From Scenedesmus sp. PABB004 (taxonomy: Eukaryota): a stretch of DNA of 64,000 bases. Made by a program: the position numbers and the translations under genes. Numbering within the stretch: position 1 is the first letter of the stretch; each line of letters starts with the position of its first letter. The notes below the pieces were generated by a model. The model saw only the letters and a list, made by a program, of their open reading frames with translations. It ran no database searches and had not been told where the DNA came from. The DNA lies in contig JABVCE010000010.1 of assembly GCA_014905635.1 (NCBI GenBank), positions 806,001 through 870,000 on the forward strand. Direction: 5' to 3'. Positions 13,742 through 27,733 of the stretch are shown here, piece after piece.

Positions 13742-15364
13742 TCACCTGCCCCGCCCGCTGCCGCCGCCGCCGGCCTCTGCGACCACGGCCACCTCCTGCC
13801 GCCAGCTGCCGCCGGCCGCCTGCCTGCTGCTGCTGCCGAGGGCGAGCATGGCCTGCACGGCCGCCGGCGAGTAGCGCTGCTGCAGCTGCTGCAGCACCTC
13901 GCGCTCCGCGACCGTGCCCTGCACCTGCTTCAGCCGCCGCACGTCGCGCAGCAGCGACGCCGCCATCGCCGGCCCCGCCGCGCTCGCACTGCTCGGCAGC
14001 CACACGTCCCTGCCGCTCAGCAGCGCGCCGCCCTCGTGCGCTCGGTGCGGCGTCGACCACGGCTGTGCGCGCGCAGGCGGGCGGGCGGGCGGGCGTGTGA
14101 GCCGGCGCGGCGCAGCTGCTCCGCGCCGCCGGGCCGGGCCGGGCCAGCGCGGCGGCGCGGCGCGGCGCCGCACCCGCTGCTCGTCCGCGGCGTCGCCGCT
14201 GCTGCTGGCGGTGTCGGCGGCGAGGCCGCGCAGGCCCCAGTCGTCCAGGTAGTTGGCGTCCAGGCCCGGCAGGTCCCGCCCGCCGGCGAGGCTGGCCCTG
14301 CGGGGCGCGGGCGGGCGGGCGCGGGCGGGCGGGCGCGGGCGCGCGTGGGCGCGCGGCGGCGCGGGCGGAGGGCGCGCGCCGTGCCGCGCCGCGCCGCGCC
14401 GCGCCGCGCCGCGCGGCCGCACCGCGCGCCCTTGCGCACGGCGCGGCGCTTGGCGCCCCTGCGCTGCGCCTCGGGGGGCGGCGGGCCCTCGAGCGCCGCC
14501 GCGAGCTCCTGCTGCAGCACGCCCAGCGCCGCGTCCTGCTGCGGATACTCCAGAAAGTGCTGCGGCTCCGCGTCGGCCAGCTCCGCGGGCCGCGTCGCAA
14601 AGCTGCGCGACGCGGGCGGGCGCGCGCGTCGGCGGCGGGCGGCGGGCAGGCGGCGGGCCGCGGCGCGCGGGCTGCGAACGCAGCGCGGCGGCCGCGCGCC
14701 GCACCGCGACATGCGCCCGAGCACGCGCTGCCAGGTGGGCAGCTCCTGGCGGAACATCGCGGCGACGTTTGGGATGAGGCTCGCTGCATACGGCGTGCCG
14801 TCGCAGCCGGGGCAGGGCACCGTGCCTGCGGTCCGCGCGGCGGCAAACGGCGGCGCGCCGACGTGGGCGCCCGGGGGCGGCGCGGCGCCGGCAGCGCGGC
14901 GCCGCTGGCCCGCCGGGGCCGCGCGGGCGCGCGGGCGGCCGCCGCGGCCCCGCGCCGCGCCGCACCCGCGGTCGGCTCGAGCATGTAGGGCTTGCGGCTG
15001 TCGGTGAGCGCGGCGTCGAGGTTGCGGCACAGCAGCGCCTCCATGCGGACCTGCGCGGCGCAGCGTTGGGCCGCGGCGGTGGGCCGGGGCGGGCCGCGGC
15101 GCGGTGCGGCGGGGGCGCGGCGCGGCGCGGCGCGGCGCGGCGCGGTGGGGGCGCGTGCGCGGTGCGGCGGCGCGCCTGGTGGTCGTGCTCGGTGAGGGGG
15201 CTGAGCGGCATGAGCAGCAGCTCGGGGAAGTTGTACGGGTGCAGCTCCGGCGGCTGCGGCGGCGGCGGCGCGGCGGCGCGGGCGTGAGCCCGCTCACGCG
15301 CACGTGCACGCTCGCGAGCGCCCCCTGCCCTGCCGCCGCGCCGCACGCCGCCGCCGTCGCCGCC

Positions 15365-15437
<73 letters not shown>

Positions 15438-15662
15438 GCGGGGCGCGCGCACCAGCTCGTTGCGGTTGTGCCCCATCGCCCAGAGGTTTTCCAGCGGCGT
15501 CTTCTTGACGGGGTCGACCACGTTATAGGGCAGCAGGTCGAGCGTGTCGTACGGGTGGCCGCCAAAGCGCGCCATCAGCGCGCCCATCAGCGCCGGGTAC
15601 CTGCGTCCAGGGGTGCAGCGTGCGGGGTGCGGCCGCGGCGGCGTGGTGAGGCGGCGGCGGCG

Positions 15663-15706
<44 letters not shown>

Positions 15707-17013
15707 GCGCACTTGCGCTTGGCGCGGTCGTGCTGCGCGATCGGGCCCGCCTCGTCGGCGCCGGGGGCGGGGCGTCCTCGTGGGGCGTGTCCTCGTCGAG
15801 GTTGCCCTCGTGCAGCACGTCCTCATACCTGGTGGCAGCGGGGCGCGGGCGCGGCGGCGCGTGCGTGCGGGCGCGTGCGCGCGGCCAGGCTTGCAGGGTG
15901 CGGCGCGCAGCCAACACAACGAATCAGGCGCGCCAAGGCCCGCCCAGGGCGCCCGCCCGGGGCGCGCCCGGCCCGCCCCGAGGTGGTGGTGCGGGCCGGC
16001 GGCGCGGCCGGTGCGAGGGCGGCGCGGCGGGCGGAGGGGGGGGGGGCGGCGGTGCGCCCTGGGCCCGCCCGGCCCGCCCGGTGGTGGGTGTGCGGGGCGG
16101 GTGCGCACCACTCGTTCATTAGCTCGCCGTAGGTGCGGTCGTAGTAGGCCAGCTTGCTCTCCCAGTCGACCCACCTGGCCGCGGCGGCCGCGGCGCAGAG
16201 TGGGCGGCGGCGTGGGGCGGCGGAGCGGGGCGAGGCCAGGCGCAGGCGGGGCGAGGCGGAGGCGGAGCGGGGCTCGCGGCGCCACCCGGGCCCGCGGCCG
16301 CGCCGCGCCGCACGGCACGGGGCGCTCACTTCTCCTCCCACTCCGACTCGCGGTCCCACTCCACGTAGCCGCCGCACGCCTTGCACTCGACCGGCGCGAG
16401 CGCCGCGCCCGTCGCCGCGATGGGCGCGCCGTCGGCGCCGCCGCGCAGGCGCAGGCCCGACGCCGGCCCCGTGCCCTGTGTGCGGGCAGGCGGGCGAGCG
16501 GTCCTCTTCCTCGCCTGCCGCCGCCGCCGCCGCCGCCGCCGCGAGCCGCCGCGCGCCGCGCGCCGCGCGCGCCGCGGCGCGCGCCTGCTTGAGCTTGAAG
16601 CCGGCGCAGTGGGGGCAGGTGAGCGTGCCCGCGCCGTTGCAGGCGCTGCACTTGTGCACAAAGAGGCCGGGGTAGGTGCGGCCAAAATGGTCCAGGAACG
16701 TGAAGCCCTCGACCAGCTGCCGCGGCGCGGCGCGGCGCGCGGCGCGCGGCGCGCGGCGCGCGATGCACGTCAGCGGCGGCGGCCGGGGGCCCGCCCCCGC
16801 GGCTGCTGGTTGCTGGGCCCGCGGGCGCGCCAGCAGGGCCTGGCCCCGCGCGGCGGTGGCGGCGCGGCAGCGGAAAGGCTCGCCCCGCGGCGCCGTCGGC
16901 GCGCTCACCCAGATGGCCTTCTGGACCCACCAGATGAGCTCCCGCTCGGGCAGGGCGCGCATGAGGTCGACGTAGGGGTCGCCATCGTACTCCTTGCTCT
17001 GAAACTGGCCCAT
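13742..17013 (-). CDS. Uncharacterised protein with DnaJ-type CxxCxG zinc-finger motifs and a possible N-myristoylation site (one apparent frameshift near 15765)
   Basis: Multi-exon: MGQFQSKEYDGDPYVDLMRALPERELIWWVQKAIW|LVEGFTF...KCSACNGAGTLTCPHCAGFK...ECKACGGYVEWD...WVDWESKLAYYDRTYG...GGHPYD...GTVPCPGCDGTPY...; TGA 13744-13742. Confidence 0.75.
15367..15435. repeat. (GCC)23 trinucleotide repeat, intronic
   Basis: Perfect gcc run in an intron of the Zn-finger gene. Confidence 0.9.
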
Positions 17014-17416
17014 TGCGCCGCCGGCGGCCGCGGCGGGCGGCGGCGGCGCGCGCTGATCAGCGGCGGCGCCGCCGCGCGCTCCCGCGGGTCCCGGCGCCGC
17101 TCGCGAGCTGGAGCCCGATCAGGTGCCGGGCTGGGCGGGCTGCAGGGCCGCGGCGACCGCGCGGGCGGGAGCAGGGGCGCCCCGACAGCGAGCGCGGCGG
17201 CACCGCGCGAGGGCAGGGCTGGGCGGGGCTGGGGCGGGCGCGGAGGGGCACGGCTCAATCAGGCGCGCACGCAATGCGCCACGGCGAGGCGCCACGCGGC
17301 AGCTGGGCAGCACTGAACCCCGCCAGCTGCTCGCGCACCGGCAACCTCGCGGCCGTTCACGGAGCGGCCCTCTTTCAGCCAGGCGAGTGCCGAGTCTCTG
17401 GCAGCGCAGGAGCACC

Positions 17417-18698
17417 ATGGGTGAGCGCCGCAGCCGGCGGGCGCGGGGCGGCCACGACGGCTGGGCGGCGCGCACGGGCGCGGCGAGCCCCGGCGCCGCG
17501 CCGGGGGGCCGTGCGGGGTGGGGTGCGTCCACTCGGCGCCCGCGGCGCTCACGCCGGGGCCGCCCCGCGCCTGCAGCCAAGATCAAGGCCCACGAGCTGA
17601 AGGGCAAGAACAAGCAGGAGCTGCTTGGCCAGGTGCGCCCGGGCGCCACGCCCCGCCGGCCGGGCGCGCCGCGGCGGCGGCGCGGGGGCGGCCGGCCGCG
17701 GCGCGGCGGGCCATCACGCGTCCGCCGCCGCCCGCCGCGCCGCGCCGCGCCGCGCCCGCGCGCAGCTCAAGGACCTCAAGGAGGAGCTGGCGGCGCTGCG
17801 CGTGGCCAAGGTCACCGGCGGCGCGCCCAACAAGCTGTCCAAGATGTGAGCGCGCCGCGGCAGCAGCAGCAGCGGCGCGGCAGCGGCGGCTGCCGCGCCG
17901 GCGCCGGCGCCGACGGCAGCGAGCAGCGGCGCCGCCGGCGGCGGCGCGGGAGCCGCGCGGCGCAGTCGCTGGCGGCGCGCGCCCGGAGCGGGGGCAGCAG
18001 CCGGCGACCGGCGGCGCGTCGGTGCCCGCGGCGGCGCTGCCGCCCCGCCCCGCCGCGCTGGCCCGCCGAGCGCGCCCTCGCGCCCGCCCGTCGTCCGCCG
18101 CCGCGCAGCAAGGTGGTGCGCAAGAGCATCGCGCGCGTGCACACCGTGTACCGCCAGAACATCCGCACCGCGCTGCGCAGCAAGATCACCAACGACGGCG
18201 CCAACAAGAAGGGCAAGGTGCGTGCGCCGCGCACGCCCCCAGCGGCGGCGGCGCGGGCAGGCCGGCGCGGCTCGCAGCGGCTGAGCGTGACCTGCAGCAG
18301 CAGCAGCAGCAGCAGCAGCGGCAGGGCAGCAGGCGCGGCAGGGGTCGCGCCGCCGCCGGCTCTCCTGACGCCCGTCGGGCCGCCGCTCCCCCCGCGCGGC
18401 GCAGACCTTCCTGCCCCTCGACCTGCGCGTCAAGAAGACCAGGGCCCTGCGCCGCGCGCTGACCAAGGAGCAGGTACGCGGCGGCGGGAGGAGCAGCGGG
18501 AGCAGCGGCGGCGGCGGCGGCGGCGGCTGCTCCCGGGCGCAGCTCCGGCGCATGCGTCAGCAGCAGCGGCGTGCCGGCCGACGCCCGCGCGCGCGCCGCC
18601 CCGCGCCCGCCCGTCCGCTGCAGGCGAACAAGAAGACTCTGAAGGAGCAGAAGCACAGCGCGTCCTTCCCCGCCCGCAAGTTCGCTGTGAAGGCGTAA
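17417..18698 (+). CDS. RPL35: 60S ribosomal protein L35 (uL29)
   Basis: 6 exons: [63 protein letters not shown]...|[50 protein letters not shown]-like ccctctttc near 17368. Confidence 0.97.
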
Positions 18699-19082
18699 GC
18701 CGCCTTTGGCAGGCGGCCGGCGCCGCGCGCGCGCCGCAGGCGCGGCGCGCGGCGGCGCCGGCAGAGCAGCAGCAGCGCGCGGGCAGCGGCTGCCGGACGC
18801 GGCGGCCCTGGCGGGGCGCCCGTCGCGCGGCGTCCTAGTGCAGGTGGCGCGCGGCGCGGGCGGCGCGACGCCGCTCGGCGGCCGGCGGGCTGCTGCCGGG
18901 GGCCTGTGAGGGAAACAGGCCAAGTCTCGTCCCGAGCGCACACCCGCGCTCGTCCTTCCCTGTCAGCCCGTCTCGACGGTCGGACAGCTCGCGTGCGCGC
19001 GATCGACCGGTCTGGCCGGCTCGCGGGCGCGGCGCTCAAGGAAGCTGGGATGGGCGTTTCACCTGGGGCGCGCCTGCAGCTG

Positions 19083-21075
19083 TCAGCCCCGGCCGCCCGC
19101 CGCCGCCACCGCCGCCAGCCGCGCCTCGGGCCGCAGCGCGTCGGCCGCCGCCAGCAGCGCCGCGTCGTCGCTGCCGCCCGGCAGGCCCAGCCCAGCAGCT
19201 GGTGCAGCACCAGCTCGGCGGTCGCGGGGCCGAGGCAGAGCCCGCTGCCCTCGTGCCCCGCGGCGACCGCGACGCCCGGCAGCCCCGGCACGCGCCCGAC
19301 GGCAGGCAGCCCGCCGAGCGCAAAGGGGCGCAGCCCGACGCGGGTCGTGCCAAGCAGCTGCTCCGGCGCGACGGCGGCGAGGTCTGGCAGGAACGCGGTG
19401 GCGCGCGCCATGATGGCGGCCACGATGTCGGCGCTCGGCGCCACCTCCCAGCCGCTGAACTCGCGCGAGCTGCCTGCGCGCACGCGGCGGCGGCGGCGCG
19501 GGCGGCGGGCGCCCACCGCCCGGTGGGCGGGCGCGGCTGGCAACGCGGCGCAACGCCGCGCGTGTGCCGTGCGCATGCGCCGCCGCCGCGCGCACCGATG
19601 AGCAGCGAGCCCGCCACGCTGGTGGTGGCGGTGAAAGTAATGTCCACGCCCTCAGCGCTGCTGCTGCCGCCGGCGCCGCCGCCGCCTTCACTGCCGCCAG
19701 CGCCGCCGCTGGCCCCGCCCGCGCTGTAGTGCTGAGTGTAGGACAGCTCCATCATGCCTGCGCGGCGGGCGGGCCGGCGACGTCAGGCGGCGGAGCGCGG
19801 GCCCACGCGCCGAGCGCCGCGCGCCGAGCGGCGGCGCACCCGTGCGCAGCGGCGGCATGCCCGGGGCGGGGCATCTCGAGCAGGTGTCCCCGCCGCGGCT
19901 GCAGCAGCGCGCGCCAGCCCGGCTGCCCCGTCGCGTCGGCGAGCAGCCGCCCGCTCCAGACGCCCGCGGCGACGACCACGCCGCGCCGCGCACGCACCCT
20001 GCGCACGCGCAGCGCCGTCGGCGGCTGCGCAGCAGGCGCCTGCCCCGGCGAGGCCCGCACGGGGCGGAGCGGGCGAGGGGAGCGCGCACACCTGCGGCGC
20101 GACGTGACGACGTCCACGCCGGCGCCCGCGCTGCGCGGCTCCAGCGCCAGCACCGGCTCGTCCAGCCCCAGCAGCAGCCGGCCGCCGGCGCCGCCGCCGG
20201 CGCCGAGGGCCTTGCAGTCGTCCAGCAGGCCCCACGCGGTGCGCTTGCCGTTCTGGCGGTGCGTGCGGGGCGCGCGGGGCGCGCGGCGCTCGGCGCTCGG
20301 CGCGAGCCCGCGGCGCGACCGCGGCGGCGCGGCGCGGCGCGGCTCACGATCTGGGCGTCGCTCTGCACCAGCAGGCCGTGCGAGCCGGGCGGCAGGCGCA
20401 GCGCGGGCTCGTGCATCTTCAGCTCGCGCGGGCTCAGCAGGACGACGCCCTCCAGCCCCTGCGCGCGCAGCAGCTCCGCGCGGCGCTGCAGCGCCTCCAC
20501 CTCGTCGGCCGTGGTCGCGAGCAGCAGGCTGCCGGTGGCCTGCCACTCGAGCGCGCGCGCGAGTGGCGCGCCGCCGCGGCCGCCCGCCGCCGCGAGCGCC
20601 GCCCAGAGCGCCTTGCTGCGCGCCGCGAGCGCCCAGCCCGGGCTCGCGGGGTCGCGGTGCGCCATCCAGATGTAGCCCTGCCCTGCGCGGGCGCGGCGCG
20701 GGCGCGGGCACGGGCGCGGGCGCGGGCGGCTCGCACGCCGCGTGTGCGCGGCGGGCGGCGCAGCGCGGCGCGGCGCGGCGCGGCGCGGCGCGGCGCTCAC
20801 CCGCGCCCGTCGCGCCCGCGCACGGCTGCGCGGCGTCCAGCAGCGCGACGGCGAGCCCCGTGCTGCGCAGCAGCTGCCGCGCGACGCAGAGGCCGATGAT
20901 GCCGGCGCCCACCACCACGACGTCCACCGTGTCGATCGCCGCGCCGTCCAGCGACGCCGCTGGGGCCCACGCGCCGACCGCCGGCGCGCGCGCCCGCTGG
21001 CCCCGGGCGGCCGGCCTGCCGCGGGCTGCACGCCGCCGGGCGGCCGCCGGCCGGCGCCCGCGCGGCGCCGCGCAT
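19083..21075 (-). CDS. FAD-dependent oxidoreductase, DAO/glycine-oxidase family (frameshifted as assembled; start uncertain)
   Basis: DVVVVGAGIIGLCVA (GxGxxG), GATGAG|QGYIWM, VVVAAGVWS, PRRGHLLE, GLRPF, AAGHEGSGLCLGPATAE. Apparent frameshifts at about 19192 and 19867. ATG 21075 is out of frame with the domain; the nearest in-frame ATG is 21485. Confidence 0.85.
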
Positions 21076-21626
21076 GAGTGCAGGGCGCAGCGGCAGCGGC
21101 GGCAGCGGGGCAGCGGCGGCAGCGGCGGCAGCGGCAGCGGCAGCGGCAACCGCTTCGGTCGGGCGGCGGCGGCGCGCGCGGCTGGCCCGCTGCTGCCGTT
21201 GCGGCGAGGAGGGCCTGCGGAGAGAGTGGCGCCTGATCTGGTCGGCGTTGGTTTCGCTGCCGCCGCCTGACGTGCCGCCGTCCTCCCGCCTGCCCGCCGC
21301 TGCCGCCGCCGCCGCGCTGGACCGCGCGCGCTGGACCCCGGATCTCCCGCTGTCCCCGCGCTGGCTGCCTCCGCACGCCGCACCGTGCGACCTCTCGGCA
21401 GCAGCGTGCTCTCCTCGGCCCCGCGCCCCACGTCGCGTCCGGACGCTGCCGCCGTTTGCGCTCGAGCGCAATTGAGCGTCGCCATGCTGCGGAGATGCAG
21501 CTTGGCCGGAGCGCAGGTGCGTCTGCGCGCCAGCAGACGCTGCGGCGCCGCTGCCGCCCGCCGCTGCCGGGCCGCCGCTGCGCTGCCGCCACCGCGCCTC
21601 GCCACTGCGCCTCCTCCCCCTGCACC

Positions 21627-22439
21627 ATGCACCGCCAGACGCGCCTGGCGCCGCCGAGCGGGCGCGCGGCGGCGCGGCCGCGGGGGCTGGTCTGCGCGCC
21701 GCTCGCCGCCGGCGGCAAGGGCGGCAAGGGCGGCAAGCCCGCCAACGTCAAGGTGAACAAGCGCGGCAAGGTGTCGTCGCGGCCCGGCCCCGGCAGCGCG
21801 GCGCTGGAGGAGGCGCAGCAGCTCGTCGCCGGCCAGCAGGCGCAGCCCGCCGCGGCCCCGGCGGCGGCGGCCCCGGCGGCGGCGCAGCAGGCGCAGCAGG
21901 CGCAGCAGGCGCCGGCGGCGCAGCAGCAGGCGCAGCAGGCGCCTGCGGCGGCGCAGGCGTCTGTGTCTGAGACGCCGCAGGTCGTCGTCGACCGCATGTT
22001 CCGCCGCGTGCTCACCTTTGCCGGCGCGCCCGTGGCGCTCGGCGTCGTGCTCTTCCCGCTGTTCTGGTACCTTAAGGTGCGGCGCGCGCCACGGGCAGCA
22101 GGCGGCCGCGAGGCGCCGCCGCGAGGCGCCGCCGCCGGCGCGCGGCCGGCAGCGCGCGGCCGCGCCCTGCGCGCGGCACCGCGCCCGGCGCGCCGACGGC
22201 GCCGCCCGCCGCCCACCGCCCGCCGCACGCGCGCTGCGCAGGTCGTGGCCAAGGTGGAGTACCCGCTCTGGGTGGTCTATGTGACCCAGGCGACCATGTT
22301 TGGCGGCGGGCTGCTCGGCATCACGTACGGCATCCTCTCGACCTCGTGGGACCCGCGCCGCGAGGGCACGGCGCTGGGCTGGACCGAGCTGCAGGCCAAC
22401 CTGCCGATCCTGCTCTCGCGCAACAAGCAGCAGCAGTGA
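21627..22439 (+). CDS. PAM68: PAM68-family thylakoid protein (DUF3464)
   Basis: Transit-peptide-like N-terminus; ETPQVVVDRMFRRVLTFAGAPVALG...YLK|VVAKVEYPLW...LLGITYGILSTSWDPRREGTALGWTELQAN; intron 22077-22241. Confidence 0.9.
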   Translation: MHRQTRLAPPSGRAAARPRGLVCAPLAAGGKGGKGGKPANVKVNKRGKVSSRPGPGSAALEEAQQLVAGQQAQPAAAPAAAAPAAAQQAQQAQQAPAAQQQAQQAPAAAQASVSETPQVVVDRMFRRVLTFAGAPVALGVVLFPLFWYLKVRRAPRAAGGREAPPRGAAAGARPAARGRALRAAPRPARRRRRPPPTARRTRAAQVVAKVEYPLWVVYVTQATMFGGGLLGITYGILSTSWDPRREGTALGWTELQANLPILLSRNKQQQ

Positions 22440-22631
22440 AGGGAGAGAGGGACGCGGCGCGGGTGACGCAGGAGTGCTGGAGCGATCAGGGTGCGCGGCA
22501 CACTTCTGGCGGCAGCAGGTGGCAGCCGATTCTGGCGGCGGCAAGTTTCTTTGGCGGCCGATTTTTGGCGGCCGGCGGGCAAGCAAGCAACCGCAGCGTG
22601 CGACGTCCCTCTGTCACAGCCCCCGCCCGCG

Positions 22632-24825
22632 TCACGGCGGCGCGTCGCGCGGCGCAGGCTGCTCTCTCCACCGCGGCTGCTCGCTCCGCGCCGCCGCCTG
22701 CTGGCCCTCGGCCGCCGCTGCACTGGCTGCGGCCGCCGGCGCCGGTGGTCCCGCCGCCGGCCCCGCGCCCGTCGCCGGCGCCTTGCCTGCTGCTGGAGCC
22801 TCGCTCGCTGCTGCCGCCGACGGCGCCTTCTCCTCCGCCGGCGCCGCCTCTGCAGCTGCAGGTGCTCTCTCGCCCTCCTCACCCGCCGGCGCGTCCTCGG
22901 CCGCCGGCGCGTCCTCGGCCGCCGCCGCTGCCGGCGCGCCGCCCGTCATGGCCGGCGGCGCCGGCGCGCTCTTGGTGCCGCCGCTGCTGCTGTTGCCGCC
23001 GGCGCGGTGCTGCGCCAGCAGGTTCATCGCCACGTTGGCCGCCTCAAGCAGCAGGATCTGCGCGGCGGCCGGCCGCGGCGGCGGCAGCTCAGCGCGCAGC
23101 CCAGCGCGCGGACAGCTGCTGGCGCGCCCCGCCCCGCCAGTGCGCCGCCGGCACCTTGTTGGGGTGGTGCTGGTCCTCCAAATACTGCTTGGGGTCCAGT
23201 CCAAAGACCATCGAGCTCAGGTCGATCGTGGGCAGGCCGTGCAGGCGCGCCACGTCGATGGCGGCGTTGTTGAGCTGTGGGCGGGTCGGGCGGCGGCCGC
23301 GGCGGCCGCGGCCGCGGGACGCGGTCACGGCGGCGGGCACGCGGGGCGTCGCGGAGCGCAGAAACGGAGGAGGGCTTGCGCGGGCGGGCGGGCCGCGCGC
23401 GCCTGATCGATGTAGCGCCACCGCCCGAGCCAGTTGGCAGAGAACGCGGGGAAGGCCGCGGTGCGCGTCGCCAGCAGGGCGCCCTGCGGCGGCGCGGCGC
23501 GGGCCGGGGCGCGCGTGAGCGCCCGGGCGCCCGCCGCCGCCGCAGCCGCCGCCGCCTGCCCGCCCCGGCGCGCGCCTCGGGCAGCAGCTCTGCCGTTGAG
23601 GACAAGAGAAGGGAGAAATTGCTGCTCCATGAGAACACCACGTCAGGCGGGAGCTTGCTCAGCGCGCCGTACCCCGGCGGGCTGCGCTGCTCCCACATGC
23701 GGCTCTGCCAGGCGCGGCGCGGCGGTGGCCGCGCGAGCGGCGGGCGCAGCCCCGCGCCGCGCCGCGCGCGCCGAGCGCCCCGCGGCCCCGCGCCACACCT
23801 GGTCCCAAAAATTGCTGTGCGCGACCACGAGGTCTGGCGGCGCACCGACCGCGCGCGCGTACGCGTCCAGCGCGGCTGGCACGCGCTGCAGGAAGCTGCC
23901 CTTCACGCCTGGGGGGCGTGCGCCGGCGGCGCGGTTGGTGGGGCTGCCCAGGGCGGCGCCGCGGGCGCGCGCGCAGCAGCAGCAGCCGCAGCGGCTGCCG
24001 CCGCCGCGCCTGCATGGAAGGGGCCGTCGAGGTGGACGCCAGGGATGTGAAACATGCCGAGGTGCACGCCGCCCGCCGCGCCCGGCGCGGCCGCGCCGGC
24101 GGCGCCGCCGGGCGGCGGGCGGCAGAAGTACAGCAGGTTCCGGTCGCTGCAGCAGTCCTCGCCGTCCGCGGGGTGGCTCGCGTCGGCGCCGGCGGCGGCG
24201 CCGGCGCCGGCCGCGCGCACGGCGGCGGCCACGCCCGCGGCCGCCGCGCGCGCGCCCGGCGGGTGCGCGGCGCGCAGCGGCTGCCCCAGCGCGGCGCACC
24301 ACGCCGCGGCGAGCCGCGCGTCGACCGAGTCGCCGAGCAGCAGCAGCCGCGCCGCGCCGCCCGGGGCGCCAGCGAGCAGGTTGCGCAGCTGGCAGGCGGG
24401 CGCCGCCGTCTGCCAGCGCGCGCCGGGGGGCTTGACCAGATTGAACGTCAGCGTCCCCGGCAGCGTCCCGTAGTCGCACTTGCCGGCGCCCTGCTCGCGC
24501 GCGCGGCGGCGCGGCGCGGCGCGGCGCGGCGCGCGGCTCGGCGCGGCGCGGTGCGCGGCTCGGCGCGCGGCTCGGCGCGGCTCGGGGCGCGGCTCGGCGC
24601 GCGGCGCGCGCGGGCCCACGCAGCACGCGCCGCCGCCCCCGCTGCCGCTGCGCGGCGCACCTGGTGGAGGACCTGGTGCACCTTGAACGCGGAGAGCGCG
24701 TAGGTGTGGCACACCTCAGGGCTGCAGCGCGCCAGGAAGGGGTTGAACTCCTGCACCAGCAGGTAGAGCAGCGTCGCGCTGCACACGGCGCCGAGCGCCG
24801 CCGCCGCGCGCAGCGCCGCGACCAT
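22632..24825 (-). CDS. SGNH-hydrolase / PC-esterase-like protein with N-terminal signal anchor
   Basis: Signal anchor AAALGAVCSATLLYLLV; LLLLGDSVD (GDS), DLVVAHSNFWD, YLEDQHHP (DxxH); Ala/Pro/Glu-rich tail; multi-exon. Confidence 0.75.
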
Positions 24826-25233
24826 GCGCGCTCAAGTGCTAGCACCCTGCCGCTCGCGCCAGCGTCCAGCAGTGCCGGCCGGCGGTGGTGCGTCTTCGGC
24901 CTGTCGGCGCACACCCGCTGCGTACGGCCCGTGCAGCCCGTCGGCGCGCCCGCGCTGGCGGCCGTGCGGCCCGCCGCCGCACGTCGCTGCTGCCGCTGCT
25001 GCTGCCGCTGCTGCCGCCGCCCGGCGCCAGCTCAGCCAGCGCCTGCGCCTGCGTGGAACTGCCGTGGCCGCCCAGGGGCGAGGCGGGGAGGGCAGACGCG
25101 ACCTGCGGCCGCCGCGGCTGCCGCAACCGCTGCCGCTGCTCCGCGCTCGCGCCGCCGGCCGCGGGCTGCCGCGAGCCAGGCCGCTCCACGCGCGTTCGGC
25201 AGCGGCCGGCAGCGGCCGTGCGTGCATCACCGT

Positions 25234-25238
25234 TTACA
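25234..25238 (-). terminator. TGTAA polyadenylation signal of UGE
   Basis: ttaca about 95 nt past the UGE stop. Confidence 0.65.
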
Positions 25239-25333
25239 GCACGAGCCTCGCGCAACCGCTCGCGCGTCAGAGTTCCGCAGCCCTGCCAGGTTTTTGTCCG
25301 AGGATTCGCGACCGCCCGCGCCGCGTGTTCGCG

Positions 25334-27461
<2,128 letters not shown>

Positions 27462-27733
27462 GGCGATGCCGTGAGGCGCGATGCGGGCGCAGCGGGGCGA
27501 GCAGGGGCAGGTGACGGCGCTGCGCTGGCGGGGCGCGCCGGGGGGCCTCCGAGACTGCTCGCTGCTGCTCCACCACGCCGCAACGGAGAGCCGAGCGCAG
27601 GACGACAATCGATCGCCACCGGCGTCGACAAAACCCGCCGCCGTCACGACGCCGCGCGTGCGCACGCGCTGCTGCTGCCGCCGGTACCGCCGCCAGGTGC
27701 CCCACTCCCGCCTTCCCCTGCGCCCCAGCAGGC

